From Curvularia clavata (lineage: Eukaryota): a stretch of DNA of 64,000 bases. Below are positions 36,256-48,612 of this stretch, piece by piece; position 1 is the stretch's first letter, and each line of letters begins with the position of its first letter. Both the position numbers and the translations under genes were made by a program. Below the pieces are notes generated by a model that did not search any database, was not told the origin of the DNA, and worked only from the letters and a program-made list of their open reading frames with translations. The stretch is taken from contig CP089275.1 in the NCBI GenBank assembly GCA_023920165.1, forward strand, positions 4,278,001 through 4,342,000, written 5' to 3'.

Positions 36256-36915
36256 GCATGTGGAGTAGAAATCATGTATCATACTTTGGCAACAATGGCG
36301 TTGGAAAAAATTATGAGTGGCGGGATTACTGCTTCATTACCAGTCCTCATAGGTGATCAACACTCTCAAGGGTGGCTTTTCGGAAATGAGTCTGCAGTCA
36401 TTCTCAATTCAGCGCATTTCACATGTGAGGACACTGGGATTACAAACTTGCAGCTTTACGCGTGATCATGTTGCAGGCATGTGAACAAGTTGGTAGACTT
36501 GTTGGTGATTGAATTCCAATTTCCCTGCGCTCACAAGTTGGGAGAAGCCATTGGCTCAATGTCCTATGTGTAAATATCTAACGGCATCTGGCTGTACTTT
36601 GACTGAAACAGGTAAAACCTAATGTCGTCGGATTTGGTCCGGTTTATTGCCCGGGTATATATTGCGGGGATGAGGCGGAGGTTTGGCAATAGCCCGGCTG
36701 CATGTGCCCACTAGCGTCATCCCTACGATCGCCGCGTCCTTGTTCAGACGACCAAGTCACAACCGGAGCTGGGCTATCAAAGCGCATCCTGTCCCCAGAG
36801 CGCATCAGCTTCGCGTCTACGCTTGTCTAATCACGATGCACTAATTCGAACAATCGCTACATCTCTGCAACCTCCAGACTTCTAGGAATCCCTAGATATC
36901 CGTAACCCGTCCGTA

Positions 36916-39758
36916 ATGGTGTCGCCTGGCGCGTCTACCAACGCGACTTCGTTTCTCCCATCACCAGCAGATCTGCTCATGGCATTTCCTCGTCTTCTCT
37001 CTCGAGTTAGCTCACTGGGCGAAATGGTACGCTCAGGCGGCAGCGTCATCGCAGAACCAACGGCAAACTTGACCAACAGTACAACAATAACTTCCACAGT
37101 TGCTTTTATACAGGAGTCGCATTCTGCTGCCGCTGCAGCGGCAGCAGCTTCAGAAAACGATATGACCGTGTGGCAGGCTTTGAGAAATGTGGCGACATGG
37201 TTCAGCTACATAACCTCGAAATGGGCAATTGCTACATTTGCAGTTGTAAGCTCATCCTCGGCCCAAAGGGATCGCCTGATCTTCATTGACCAACTGTACA
37301 GGCAATTATCTTGAACCGCACCCACTTCTATGCAAACAGCCGCACGCCTCTATCCTTCGACCGCCTCTATTTGCGTTTCTCCCTCTACGTTTTGCCCCTA
37401 CTACTGTTCCTATACCAGATCTCGAATGTGTTACGAGCGATGCGATGTCAGACCTCCCCAGACTGGTCCGAGATGCAATATGGGGGGAGCGATAGACATC
37501 TGGATACAGATTTTGGCGGCGAAGGTGGATATCTCTGGAGTCTTGCCTCAACGATTCTGTTTTGGGAGTCTACAGAGGAATCTTGCCGAGCCGTGAATAT
37601 GCTTCCACTGGACGTTTCATCAACACGAACGGCCGGATCACTATCTCTTCTTTGGCCAATATTCCTCACCCTAGGTTTCGGCCAATTTGTTGACACGCTT
37701 GTATGCGCCCTCCAAGGCAGACGCCCTATCCAGGAAGTTGGCATGACCCTTTTTGAGCATTCGCTTGCATTTGCCGAAGCAGAGGCTGTTGTCACCCGGC
37801 CACTAGCAGTTGATTCAACACGGTTCTTCAAACCGAAATCTGTCTTCACGCCGGACGGCACATCATTCATGATGCAAAGGTCACAGATATCGAAAATCGC
37901 CAATGTCCCTCCGGAAGTCTTGCTCATATCTCTCATCTCTAGTGTTAGCCATTTTACAAGTAACTTGTTGGCAATTGCTGGAGTACGTTCAAGGTACAGA
38001 CTGGTCACAACAACTATCTGGGGATTGGCATATATTTCGGCTTTCGCCTGGAGCTTTGCTCGTCTTACGTGGATGGTTGCTGACCCGAACCATTACATGG
38101 GCATCCTGAGGTTTCCTACTGTGTGCATTATTGGTTTTATCCCTCACCTACTGATACTACTTGGTATCATTGCATGTGGGTTTATCTATCTCCTGGCTCT
38201 TCTTATCACTGCGCTTTCTCTTCCCGCAAGACAGGCTGGATCATTCACGCTGCGCGAGAGATTTGTGGCTGCGTATGGTAACCTCCATGCCAACATTCAC
38301 CTTTCGTCAATCACACCCTTGACTATCAACTGGCACGAGGACTTCTACACTACCATTCTAAAGGTGGGCTACGTAATTCTGACTGCCGCGAGTGAGGCCG
38401 TCTTTCTCAACGAGGGCACTAGGGTCAACGTGCATGCCATGACTTGGCTTGAGAAGCAGAGATTACAAGAAATCCTTGCTCGGCGCAGAAAACGTCGAGA
38501 GATGCTTGTCGACATCCCAGCAGAGCTTAGAAATGATACATTTGCGCAAGGTATTGAGGTAGTCGATCAGCTCAACGATGCAAGAGCAAACATGTCAACT
38601 TCTGGCTATGCAAAAGAGCGGAAGACGAGGAACTCTAAATCATCTACCGATCCTGCGAGCGCCATGGGTCAGAATGATCCAGCCCTCCAGCAGCGCAGCC
38701 GTTATATCCAGGCATACGGGTTCTTCCTTCGTATATCGAGGCTATCTGTGCTTGGTTCTGCACGAGTCATTGGCTGGCTGCTGAACAAGGTTGGCATAAG
38801 TTACCGGCCTGCGTGGCTGAGGCGAGCAGCTGGAGTTTATGAGACTGAAAAATTCTACACGACGGCGCCACGTTCAGATAGATCGCAGTACGCAGCAGCA
38901 ACATCAGCCAACCCGATGTGGCTTACTGCGGATGATCGGAGTCGCATTCGCCAGGATCCTGCATTTGACGTTGAATCTTTTGCGAAAGAGAGACTTCGAC
39001 AGAGCGGCTTCTGTCCTGAGCCCGATAGCAAAGACTCAGAGGAACGTCTTAACGACTATCTCTACTCTTGGTGGCGCAATGGCGGCCTTTGGAACGATGT
39101 CGACAGCACTCAAGACTATATTGCTCCCCAGGACGACGACACAACTAGTGTGACTTCGTTTGCTACTACGACTGACGACGACGAATGGTCTGACATTGAT
39201 GATGGACAGAGAACCCCGACACGCGACACGTATCGGCAGAGCAGAGAGGAGACATCTTCAGTGGATGACACCATGGATTTCTCCCGGCTGTCTCAGCTTC
39301 TCGATCCGAAAACAAAGGAAGATCGCGAGGAAGCTAAGCTGCTATCGAGACATCTGCAAAGCCCCAGGATCATGACACGCTCGCAATACCGGAAGGCTCT
39401 GGAGTGGGACGAGGCGAAGGTTCTCACAACATCCCGCTACAAGGTGGGCGGCGATGTCATGATGTCGCCAGAGGAAGAGGAGCAACTCTTGGAAGATTTC
39501 ATCCTCAGTCGCCGAAACGCCACGACAGCACAGAACGGTAGCAACGCTGGTAGCTGGGACACGGGCGCAGAAGGCATGGGCTCTGAAGGCCCTCAGTGCG
39601 TGGTCTGCCAAATGTCGCCAAGAACGGTATTGGTATGGCCGTGTGGATGTCTGAGCTTGTGTGATGACTGCAGAGTGGGACTGGCGTCGAAGAATTACAC
39701 TACATGCGTCTGCTGCAGGACCAATGTAGCGGCATATTCACGGCTTTATGTGCCCTGA
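36916..39758 (+). CDS. Multi-pass membrane RING E3 ubiquitin ligase, Asi1/Asi3-like, 2 exons
   Basis: Intron 37246-37301. Motifs AIILNRT, GMTLFEHSLAF and several TMs. C-terminal RING CVVCQMSPRTVLVWPCGCLSLCDDCR..CVCC. Confidence 0.85.
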
Positions 39759-40196
39759 GACTACCATGACGTCTATTTCATTTTCTTTCTGCATAGCATT
39801 GTTGTATTCTCTGTATATACGAATGAATGGTCTTTCCGTCCAAATTGTCCGCTCATGCTGAGTGTGTAGAGAGAACGGCTGTCAACTGGGCTTCGGAACA
39901 TATCGGAACGCATGTCGGTAGTGGGGCGGCGATGGTGTACTTGTACGTCCAGTATCGCCCCTGCCTACCCCACGTTCGAGTTCTCTATCTGCGAGTGGCG
40001 ATCGTCATCTCCTTCCCTCTCATCTTATTTGTCTTGGCGAACGAGTCATCAAAACTTGCCTTCAGAACACAACCCTCCTGACAACCACACCCGTTCAAAC
40101 GCACCATCACTCGCGCTCGCACAGCATCCACTCTGACTGAGCATTCTCAACAAGCTCGGTCAATTGCACTCGCCCAAGACACACCCTCACAGTTTT

Positions 40197-43100
40197 ATGC
40201 AGCCAGAGCCAACAGACGTATCGCAACGCTATTCTTCGCAACACGCCACCCTCGACGCCCCAACTACCTCCCAGCATGGACACCGTCGCGGCGATGACTT
40301 GCAGGACTCCCTGCAGCCACACTTCGGTGAGGCATGGGGAGATTCTGAGTTCTCAACCGGCTCAACTGCGCGCGATGCGACGTCCTTGCAGCAAACTACC
40401 AATGGACTCACCCCTGTGGAAGTCAATGGACTGAAGAATGGCGCGCGTCCGTCACCACCCCCAAGGGACAGAATTACGGAATATGAAAATGCACTAGCGA
40501 ACTCGCCGCGAAAGCCTGCCGAAGGTCCTCTTTTCGAGGTTGTTAAAAGCAACCGAAGCCCAGATGATAAGAGCAGTCCTATCGCCAAGCTGCCGAATGG
40601 TGCGTGGCAACTCACCATAGAGCATGGGAACGAATTGGGAGCAAAGGCTAACTTCACACAGAGGTACTTATCCATGCTATTGCCCATCTTTCGCCCAACG
40701 ATCTCGCTGCAGTTTCCCTCGTCTCCCGTCGCTTCCACGATGTCGTCACTACTCCACACGCATGGCAGGTGGCTTTTGGCCGCTCTTTCCCTGGCCCACA
40801 TGCGCTCGAGGACGCGAAGCTCCGTGCAACTTTGGAGGATAGTGGCGATGTTGTACGGTCTGAGAAGAGGAGGTTCACTCGGCTTACTGCATTGGCTTCA
40901 TGGAGAAGCGAGTATATCCTACGAACGAGACTTCTACGGTCCCTGGTGCGCGGCAAGCCAGTTCAAATACCCACTACCCCTTCTCGTGCCGGCCAGATGC
41001 AGACAATTGCTCCAATGATCACATACGATGCGAAGACCTATACCATCATCAACCACCTACATGCAACATTTGGATCCGGTCTCAATAAGAAGATGCCTCG
41101 ATTCATTCATGGTGCAGACGACGTCGGTATGGTGACTAGCAGCGATCCCATGACTGGCAGAGTAGACCCATGGGGCCAGAGCGATCCTCACTTTTACGCC
41201 CAATTCGCAGAGCGTTTCCCGGGTGTCGCAGAGTGGGGATTAGGTTCGGGAGAAGTTGTTGGGCGCCCCAATGTAATGGACATATCGCAACCCCATGGTA
41301 TGATCTACGGTCAAGGCTCTCCGGAGGGTTCTTGCTATTACCGGCCTCTCGAGGAAATGCGTGGTCGCTTCATCGCGGAGCCTACCGCGCTAACTATACC
41401 GGAAGCTGGCATACCCAAACTGGAGCTTGAATTAGGCGCCACTTGCAGCGTTTGGATCGCAAAATCGAGCACAATTCCAACGCTTTCTGAGGGCTTGATT
41501 GGAATGATGATCGGCTCTGCAAGCGGCGTCATCAGTGCTTGCAGCATTGGCACGGATGGTCTCCGCTCTTCCCGAGTCCAGCGTGGTGAGTTGACTGCAC
41601 GCTGGGTTCTCAGCCCAGGCGTACCTATCATCGCTATTGCTGTGGACGAGCAGTATTCATCCAAACGCTACTCACAGAACCGCATTTGGGCAGTCGCTTT
41701 GAATGCGCTTGGTGAGCTGTTCTACCTCACCAAGTTCCCAACTCGTAGTCAAGCGCCAAAGGGCGACATTGATTACTATGCTGAGTACCTGGCATGGCTT
41801 ACTGGCCGGAGCGTTTACTGGAATATTGTCGAGCCTAGTAGACGTACTGCGAGACCCGATCCTTATAGCGATGCCGAAGTGGACGGTAGTTACTCACCAC
41901 GTACATCTTGGGATGGTATGTGCTTGAGCAAAGGGCAAATTGCTGCGGAGACCAAGGAAATTCAGCAATTCATGCAGAAGCCGCCAAAGCACTTCCGTAA
42001 CGTATGCCTTGGATGGGATATGCGTAGAAGACTTGAAGTCGACTTTGCCGGCGATGATGGTAGCTACGCTGGAGAGGCAATCGTTGTCTTTGAGTGCGGA
42101 TTGGAAGAAGGAGATGTTGCCGATGTCAAGCGCTTCACTCGATGCAGGACAACTGAAAAGGGGCAGGGCACGAACACGTCCACTTATGTACCGACACCAC
42201 CGTCTACACAAACTTCTTCCCTATTTGGTGGCGTACCCACAGAGGCTCCAGTTCTGGCGACCGCCTCACAACGTGTTCGCAGCTCTTCGTACAAGTCCAC
42301 GACTAGTTCACCCGAACGAGCAAATTTGGTGGAAGAGTGGCGTTGTTCAAAGCTTGCATTTGGTGGGTTTAAGAGCACGCAGATCACCACGACCTCCCTG
42401 GATGTTTCCACGTTTGCGACTCTAACACTATCCGAAGACCCTGCGCTTGGGTTCTCAACTGTATCAACTGCGTCTTCTCCATATGCTTCACCATTGTCTG
42501 TCGCAAGTCAGCCTGCCTCCCCATCCGATATACCAGGTCAACGCGCAAGATTTGTAGCTGCCGGTACGAAATCTGGTGTCGTGCTACTTTGGGATATTCG
42601 ATCCCCTGTATCACGCTCTGCTGAGTTTATCAACACTATCGAGCCTATCCGTATCATCTACACCGACTCACCCGAGATATCATGTCTGGCGGTCACATCT
42701 CTCTATCTTGTTGTTGGAGGAAACGATGGGCTGGTGCAAGCTTGGGATCCTCTGGCTTCGACCATGTCACCGATCACGACACTGCACTCACGTCACGCCT
42801 CACGTGCTCGGAGACAGCTTGTACAAGCCCAAGCTTCTGTTCAAGGCGTCGGGATCAACATGTTTGCTGCTGGCGCTGTATTCCTAGATCCCGATCCGAC
42901 AGTTCTACGCGGTGCTGTGTCACTCGGAAATCAACTCCGTTTTTGGAGCTATAGCTCTTCTGCAGCCGATCAATACAGAAGCAGTAAGCGCAGGTTCCGA
43001 CGTGCAGAGCGTGGAACCAACAATGCCGGAGAACGCTTCCCTGGTGCTGGTCGAGCGAACTTGAAGAACTATATTGCCAATGAGCAATTCGAACTGGAGC

Positions 43101-43660
43101 GCGACCGGGAGGAACGCCACAAGCAAGCAGAGCATCTCGCTGGTCGCTTCGGTACGGAGATGCTGAGTGAAGAAGAGGCACTGGCATATGCTGCAATGCT
43201 TTCACAAGAGGCAATGGAAGCGGAGGAGCAACGTCGCATTGAGAGCGAGATGAATGCACTGAAGAGTGAGGCTCTGACCCCAGAGCTCAGTGTTCAGGGC
43301 CCGTCTTCATCATCGGCGTTTGAAAACGACGAAGAGCTCGACGCAGACATTGCCGAAGCGATACGCCTTTCGCTCAACGACACTCAAGGTCCCGGAATGT
43401 TTACTCCTGGTTCGACGCCTCCGCCTACCTACGACATCCCAATTAGATATGCCAAAGGCAAGAAGTCCTCACCTTCTCGCTCTCGCAACGGCACTCCCAA
43501 GAAGGCCATGGCCAAATCAAGCCTCGACAATGAACTGTCGGATCTTGAGTTTGCAATGCAGCTTAGCCTTGCCGAGGAGCAGAGTAGGAGAGATGCTGAA
43601 GATGCCTTTCCTCCACTCAGTCCTGCAGCTGGTAGCAAGGGGAAGGGGAGAATGTGGTGA
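40197..43660 (+). CDS. F-box / WD40 protein with C-terminal UIM-like motifs, 2 exons
   Basis: Removing intron 40600-40661 restores the F-box LPNEVLIHAIAHLSPNDLAAVSLVSRRF. WD-like ends VLLWD and VQAWD. UIM-like EEALAYAAMLS, DIAEAIRLSL and DLEFAMQLSLAE. Confidence 0.86.
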
Positions 43661-44061
43661 TTGTTTAATAGTGTAGTTGTTTTGTTGCTTCTTTTCGTAG
43701 TTGCTGTGTTTAATATTTTTTTTGACTTTTGCTTTCCCCTTCTCTTCATACTCTGAAGGTACTGCAAACGGATACCCTGTAACAATGTTTACCTTGTGAT
43801 AGTCGGTAGCCTGTAATAACTATACCTCCAATGTAAACCAAGCTGCATTTATCAGATCCTAACCTGTTTGACCCCTGGCGACACTCGATTGAGTTAGCGC
43901 TTCACGCCTTAAAAGACCTCCTGACAGTATTAGGCTACGACGCGAACTTTTCCTCGGCCTGGCTCCATGTGGCACAGGCGGCGAAGACATCTTTGCTCGG
44001 TATTTAGCTGTCTAGCAGTTTTGCCAAAGCACTGTGAGCCCATGTCCGCTTAATCAACACC

Positions 44062-44541
44062 ATGACTGGTATTTCAATCACATCAACAGCTTCCTCATTT
44101 TTCAACAAGCTACGCGGAAAATCGAATCCGTACGAAAAATCATACCGCACTCAGTCCTATGTTGCTCCAACCAGTCACACCAACCTTTCACCGCCGAGCG
44201 CTCACCCAGACACCGACCTGCTTGCAGAAGCACGTCAAGCAGCCGGGCGTGACGCAGTTACGGGCCGTCGACAGGTAGAGGCGACTAATCAAACATTCGT
44301 CCAGAAACAGCCGCCATTACAGTCTTCTGGACAGACGGCTTCAGAGCAAAAAGCCGCGTATCTAGCCTGGGCGGCGCAGAGACCGCAAGAGAGAGGGAAG
44401 CCATATGGCAGCTACGAGGAGTTTGTGCAGGAAATGATTGAGAAGCGGGATGGGAGAAGAGAGGCTGGAGATGGCTCGTCAAGTTACTACGCGCCGGAGA
44501 GGAGGGTGGAGGAGTATTATTCTGAGAGAGTGAGGTATTAG
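44062..44541 (+). CDS. Hypothetical protein (159 aa)
   Basis: CACC-ATG start context; the ORF fills an otherwise empty gap. Hydrophilic. No family recognised. Confidence 0.55.
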   Translation: MTGISITSTASSFFNKLRGKSNPYEKSYRTQSYVAPTSHTNLSPPSAHPDTDLLAEARQAAGRDAVTGRRQVEATNQTFVQKQPPLQSSGQTASEQKAAYLAWAAQRPQERGKPYGSYEEFVQEMIEKRDGRREAGDGSSSYYAPERRVEEYYSERVRY

Positions 44542-44866
44542 GCGTTTCATTCTGCAGGTTTCTAGGCTTTTCTTGTTGTTTGTATATGTCTCTAAAGAAG
44601 TTCCATGTTAAGTGGATCTTGAATCGGAACTCAGGCGCTGTAGGTGAAACAAGCAAACGAACCACATGGTAATGATATCACCCAATACGCAATCGCATGA
44701 CTGCAATTACCTTCACCTTCGGGCAAACGCGCAGGACTTCGCTATATTCTTGTCTTCTGGTCTTTGCTATGATCACTTCTTCACCCACTACTATACACTT
44801 CTTCCACCCATACCATTGCCCATACACGCAACCACATACACACCATTCACTTCCAATACCGCCACC

Positions 44867-45412
44867 ATGGGCTCCGTAATGCTTCAGCACCTACCCACCG
44901 GCTGGCACGTGGACCAAGCCATTCTCAGCGAAGAACGCCGCATCGTCTGTATCCGCTTCGGCAGCGACGCAGACCCCAAATGCATGGACATGGACGAGAA
45001 GCTGTACAAGATTGCCGATCAAGTCAAGGATTGGGTCGTCATTTACCTCGTCGACACCAAGGTACTGTTTGCACACTCCCACATATCCCTCACACACTGT
45101 CTTCTTCTTCTCTCCCCCTCTTTCGTGTGTTCTGTCGTCTAAGTAAGCACCTTACTGACGTGAACCCAAACACAGCAAGTCCCCGATTTCAATCACATGT
45201 ATGAACTCTGGGACCCATGCACCGTCATGTTTTTCTGGCGCAACAAGCATATCTTGGTTGATTTCGGCACGGGCAATAACAACAAGATCAACTTCCCGAT
45301 TGGTGACAAGCAGGAGCTGATTGATATCTTGGAGACGGTGTATCGGGGCGCGAGCAAAGGCAAGGGACAGGTTACGAGTCCCAAGGACTACTCGACTAGC
45401 TGGGCATATTAG
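44867..45412 (+). CDS. DIB1: U5 snRNP thioredoxin-fold protein Dib1/Dim1, 2 exons
   Basis: Intron 45062-45175. Motifs GWHVDQAILSEE, VPDFNHMYEL, DFGTGNNNK, DKQELIDILETVYRGA and SPKDYST. Confidence 0.92.
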
Positions 45413-45759
45413 GAAGAGGGGTTTCAAGAGTGAGCAAAATGACATGGAGAGCTCTCCACTGAAAGCACAATCGATGTAGTGTGGATACTGAGAATCTGAT
45501 GTGGAGAGTTTGATGGATCAAAATCTTTTTCTTATTATGAGTACCTCACTAAGACCCTATTCTATATAATTGCTCACACGAACATCCAGCGTCAGGTATA
45601 GCCTGGCAAACACCACAAACCGATTTTCACATGCGCCAACCAACGCCTTGCCATGCAAAGGGTAACGAGACTTTGAATCTTCGCCAGGAACGAAGCAAAA
45701 ACAATGCCAACAAGATTTGCAATATTGACCCAAAAACACATAATGGCTTGGCTTGTTGA

Positions 45760-48204
45760 TCAGTGCTTGGAAGAGAACAAGTGCAATTTCTTCTTTTTCT
45801 TCTCCTTGCCATCTTTGTCTTCTTTGCCAGGCTTCGTGCTGCTTTGCGATGGCGTGGGGCTGTGCTTTGGAGAGTTGAGATTGATAGCGCCCATGGCAGC
45901 TGTTGGAGGTTTCGGACCACCAACTCTCGGTCCAGAGGGTAGACCTCCAGGCATAGGCGGCTTAGCCCCAGCGGGAGGTGGTGCTGGCTTAGGTGGCTCT
46001 GGCTTCTCAAAGAGATGGTCTGGAGCTTTTGGTTGGGGCCCATCGATAGGCAGGCGCAGGTTGCGGCGGTTCTGGCTGAGGTCGCCAACTTGACGAAGGA
46101 AAAGTTGTGGCTTCATCATGTGCGAGGTAACAAGGAAGACATCACGTGTCGTCTTATTCGAAACTTCGTAGCATGCACGAGATTCGGAGTATGTCGCACC
46201 GCCGGCCATAAATACAATGACACGTTGTCGTGGCTCTGCACTGGCTGCTCTAGACTTAGCCCATGTTGGTTTGGCAGCGCGAAGGGAGGTGGGTGCAGCA
46301 TTGTTGTCCTGTGCCATGCTGGCGGCGTCTTCAGGTGACATCTTTGTAAAGGGGAAGATGTCTTGAGGAAGAGTACCACGGACGTGTTCCTCTAGCATGT
46401 CCTGTAGGGCTGGGGTGAATCTTGACAGTCCATAGTCTTCCTGGTTGGGCGGTGGTGCGGGTTTAGGTGGGAAGAGGGGTGCAGCTGCATCTCTCTTTTC
46501 CTTGAGTTGTTTTGCTACTCGCGCTCCGAGCAGATCCAGATTGCGAATTACTTCGCCGTCTAGTGGTGGCAGCTGTGCGTGGAAGATGAGCTTTTGTAGG
46601 TCGGCTGGCAGTATCCCGTTCTTGAAGAGCACATAGAGCGCAATAAGGCGTAGTCTGTCAGCTGGTGTTATCTCGTCGTCGTCCAGCGTCCGAACGATTT
46701 GATCCGTCATGTTCTTAGGCTTCCGGTAATCTTCGTCAAGCCCAGTAGCCAGACACTTCTAAGTCAGTAACAATCATAACACTAAAGCTCATATGACTTA
46801 CCTGTTCCACAGAGGCCAAGTCTGGCAGTTTATGCCTCTGGAAAATTTCCATGCACTTTTGCGCCATGGTAAGGTGCAACGAATAGGCTTCCTTCATCTC
46901 CTGAAATTGCGGCAATCCAGCAATCATATCTTTGATAGCGTTCAGCCCGTTCATACCTGCGGCGTTCTGGGCGTCTTGATTTGTAAAGTGGGGATTGTCG
47001 GCAATGAATTTTTGAAAGTCGCTGATCAGCTTGTCGAGAGTGTCTTTCATATGTCGATGACGATTCTCAACCCATATCTTGTCTTTGTCCGAGATCTCCA
47101 TATCCTTTTCCTCAGACTCTGGATCCTCTTCGTTGACGTTAGTTCGATACGTCACCTTGTCACCGTCTTGTATAGGCAGTAGATCCATGGCCATTGCTTG
47201 ATATGTAAACTCATGAACGAAGGGAGCCATGAGATCCATTGACCGGTCGGTGATGTAGAGTGCACCGCGAGGTCGGTTGGACTGCGGAGGAAAGTCCTGG
47301 TTAAACTGCGCATACATGTCGAGCTTGTCTTGTACGAATCGTGCAAGATGCGAGCAAAGGACGCTGGCCTCATGTGTTGGGTTTCGGGGTCGGTAGTATC
47401 GTATAAGTGGATATTCGCCGAGCGCAACGCATACTCCAGTAATCTGTCAATGGTTAGCCTGAGTTTCAAAGAAGAGCAAATTTACCTACCCTCTCAGCAA
47501 TATCCTCCATGTGCCGAACTACAAGGTTGTTACATTCTGGATGGTAGAGGGTCGGAAAGCTCCAGGGGTCTTTAAAGGTGACAAGATTTGACTCCTGTGG
47601 GTGAAAGTCGAGGTGGACTGTCCGGAAGCTTCGAATCTGTTCGCGTGCCAATTGTGAGCGGTCTATGCGCTCCTTGAGGTGTGGTGGTAGCACTAAGCTC
47701 ATCAGCCTGAAGTTCCCATCCAACGTAGACAGTGCCCTCACATGTCGTCCATATCAAGAAGAAGCCCCTGTATCGCCGCTGGTCGAACTCGGCCATCATG
47801 CAGTCGACAATGTGTGGTTTGGGCGTGATGATGTATACAGCGTCCATGTCTCGTATGGGCTGTCGCCGGTCTTCGATGCGCTCGATGTCTACGGCAAAGT
47901 CAGGGGGCGTTGTTTGGATTGCAGTGCAGGCGGCATACTTGTAATATTGAGATTGAGGATATCATCTTCCTTGACCACATTGTTGATCAGCTTCTGGCTG
48001 TACTCGTCGACAATGAGTATCTTCCACTGGGCACCGTTAGCTGTGCTTGGGCTTCATCGGGCTGGGGTAGTCGCACGTCGCCGCGAGTCGTCTGACGGAT
48101 CGCGTTGAGTATGACTATATGGCTGCATATCAGCGATGCTCCTTTCGCTGTGCGGTATATGGGGTTTTCGTACGTTCTTTCTGAATGTCTATCATGGAAG
48201 CCAT
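45760..48204 (-). CDS. SEC1: SM-family exocytic protein Sec1, 7 exons
   Basis: ATG at 48204 (MASMIDIQKE). Six short GT-AG introns splice to WKILIVD, DAVYIITP, DRSMDLMAPFVHEFTYQAM, SVEQCLATG and VFMAGGATYSE. Pro-rich, basic C-terminal tail. Confidence 0.92.
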
Positions 48205-48612
48205 GCTGGCGGGGTATGGCAGGCTGCAATGCCGCCGTGAGGAGAAGAGGAAAGAGAGAGACCCGGTGGAGATTCGAGCGAGGTCGCTTCAATGTGTCGA
48301 CAGCACCCTCAGCAGCGAGCAAAGCAGCGGAGCAGCGGAGGGGTGAGGGTTGGGGTGTGGAACGTGGGCAGCGCGTCGCAGCTTGGCCTGGTGTTGCAGC
48401 TGCGGCCGCGGCGGTCCCCTTGCCCGCCGGAGGTGTCTGCATTTGGGCTTGGCCCAACTTTTTCCTAGCCATGACATCGTTGATCGCAAAAGACATATTG
48501 CCCATTGTCGCCCTCATGCGTATTGCGACTTAGCTCGGCTTCTCTCTTCTTCTTTAGTCTCCTTCTCTCTTTTCTTTAACTTGCCGTCCTAATACACCCA
48601 CCCGTCTCTGGC

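Noticed and set aside
45061..45179. Possible [D1,2] stwintron in the DIB1 intron (G|GTACTG...AAG|TAAGC)
   Set aside because: The external intron would be only 33-37 nt and the product out of frame. A single intron at 45062-45175 gives the correct protein.
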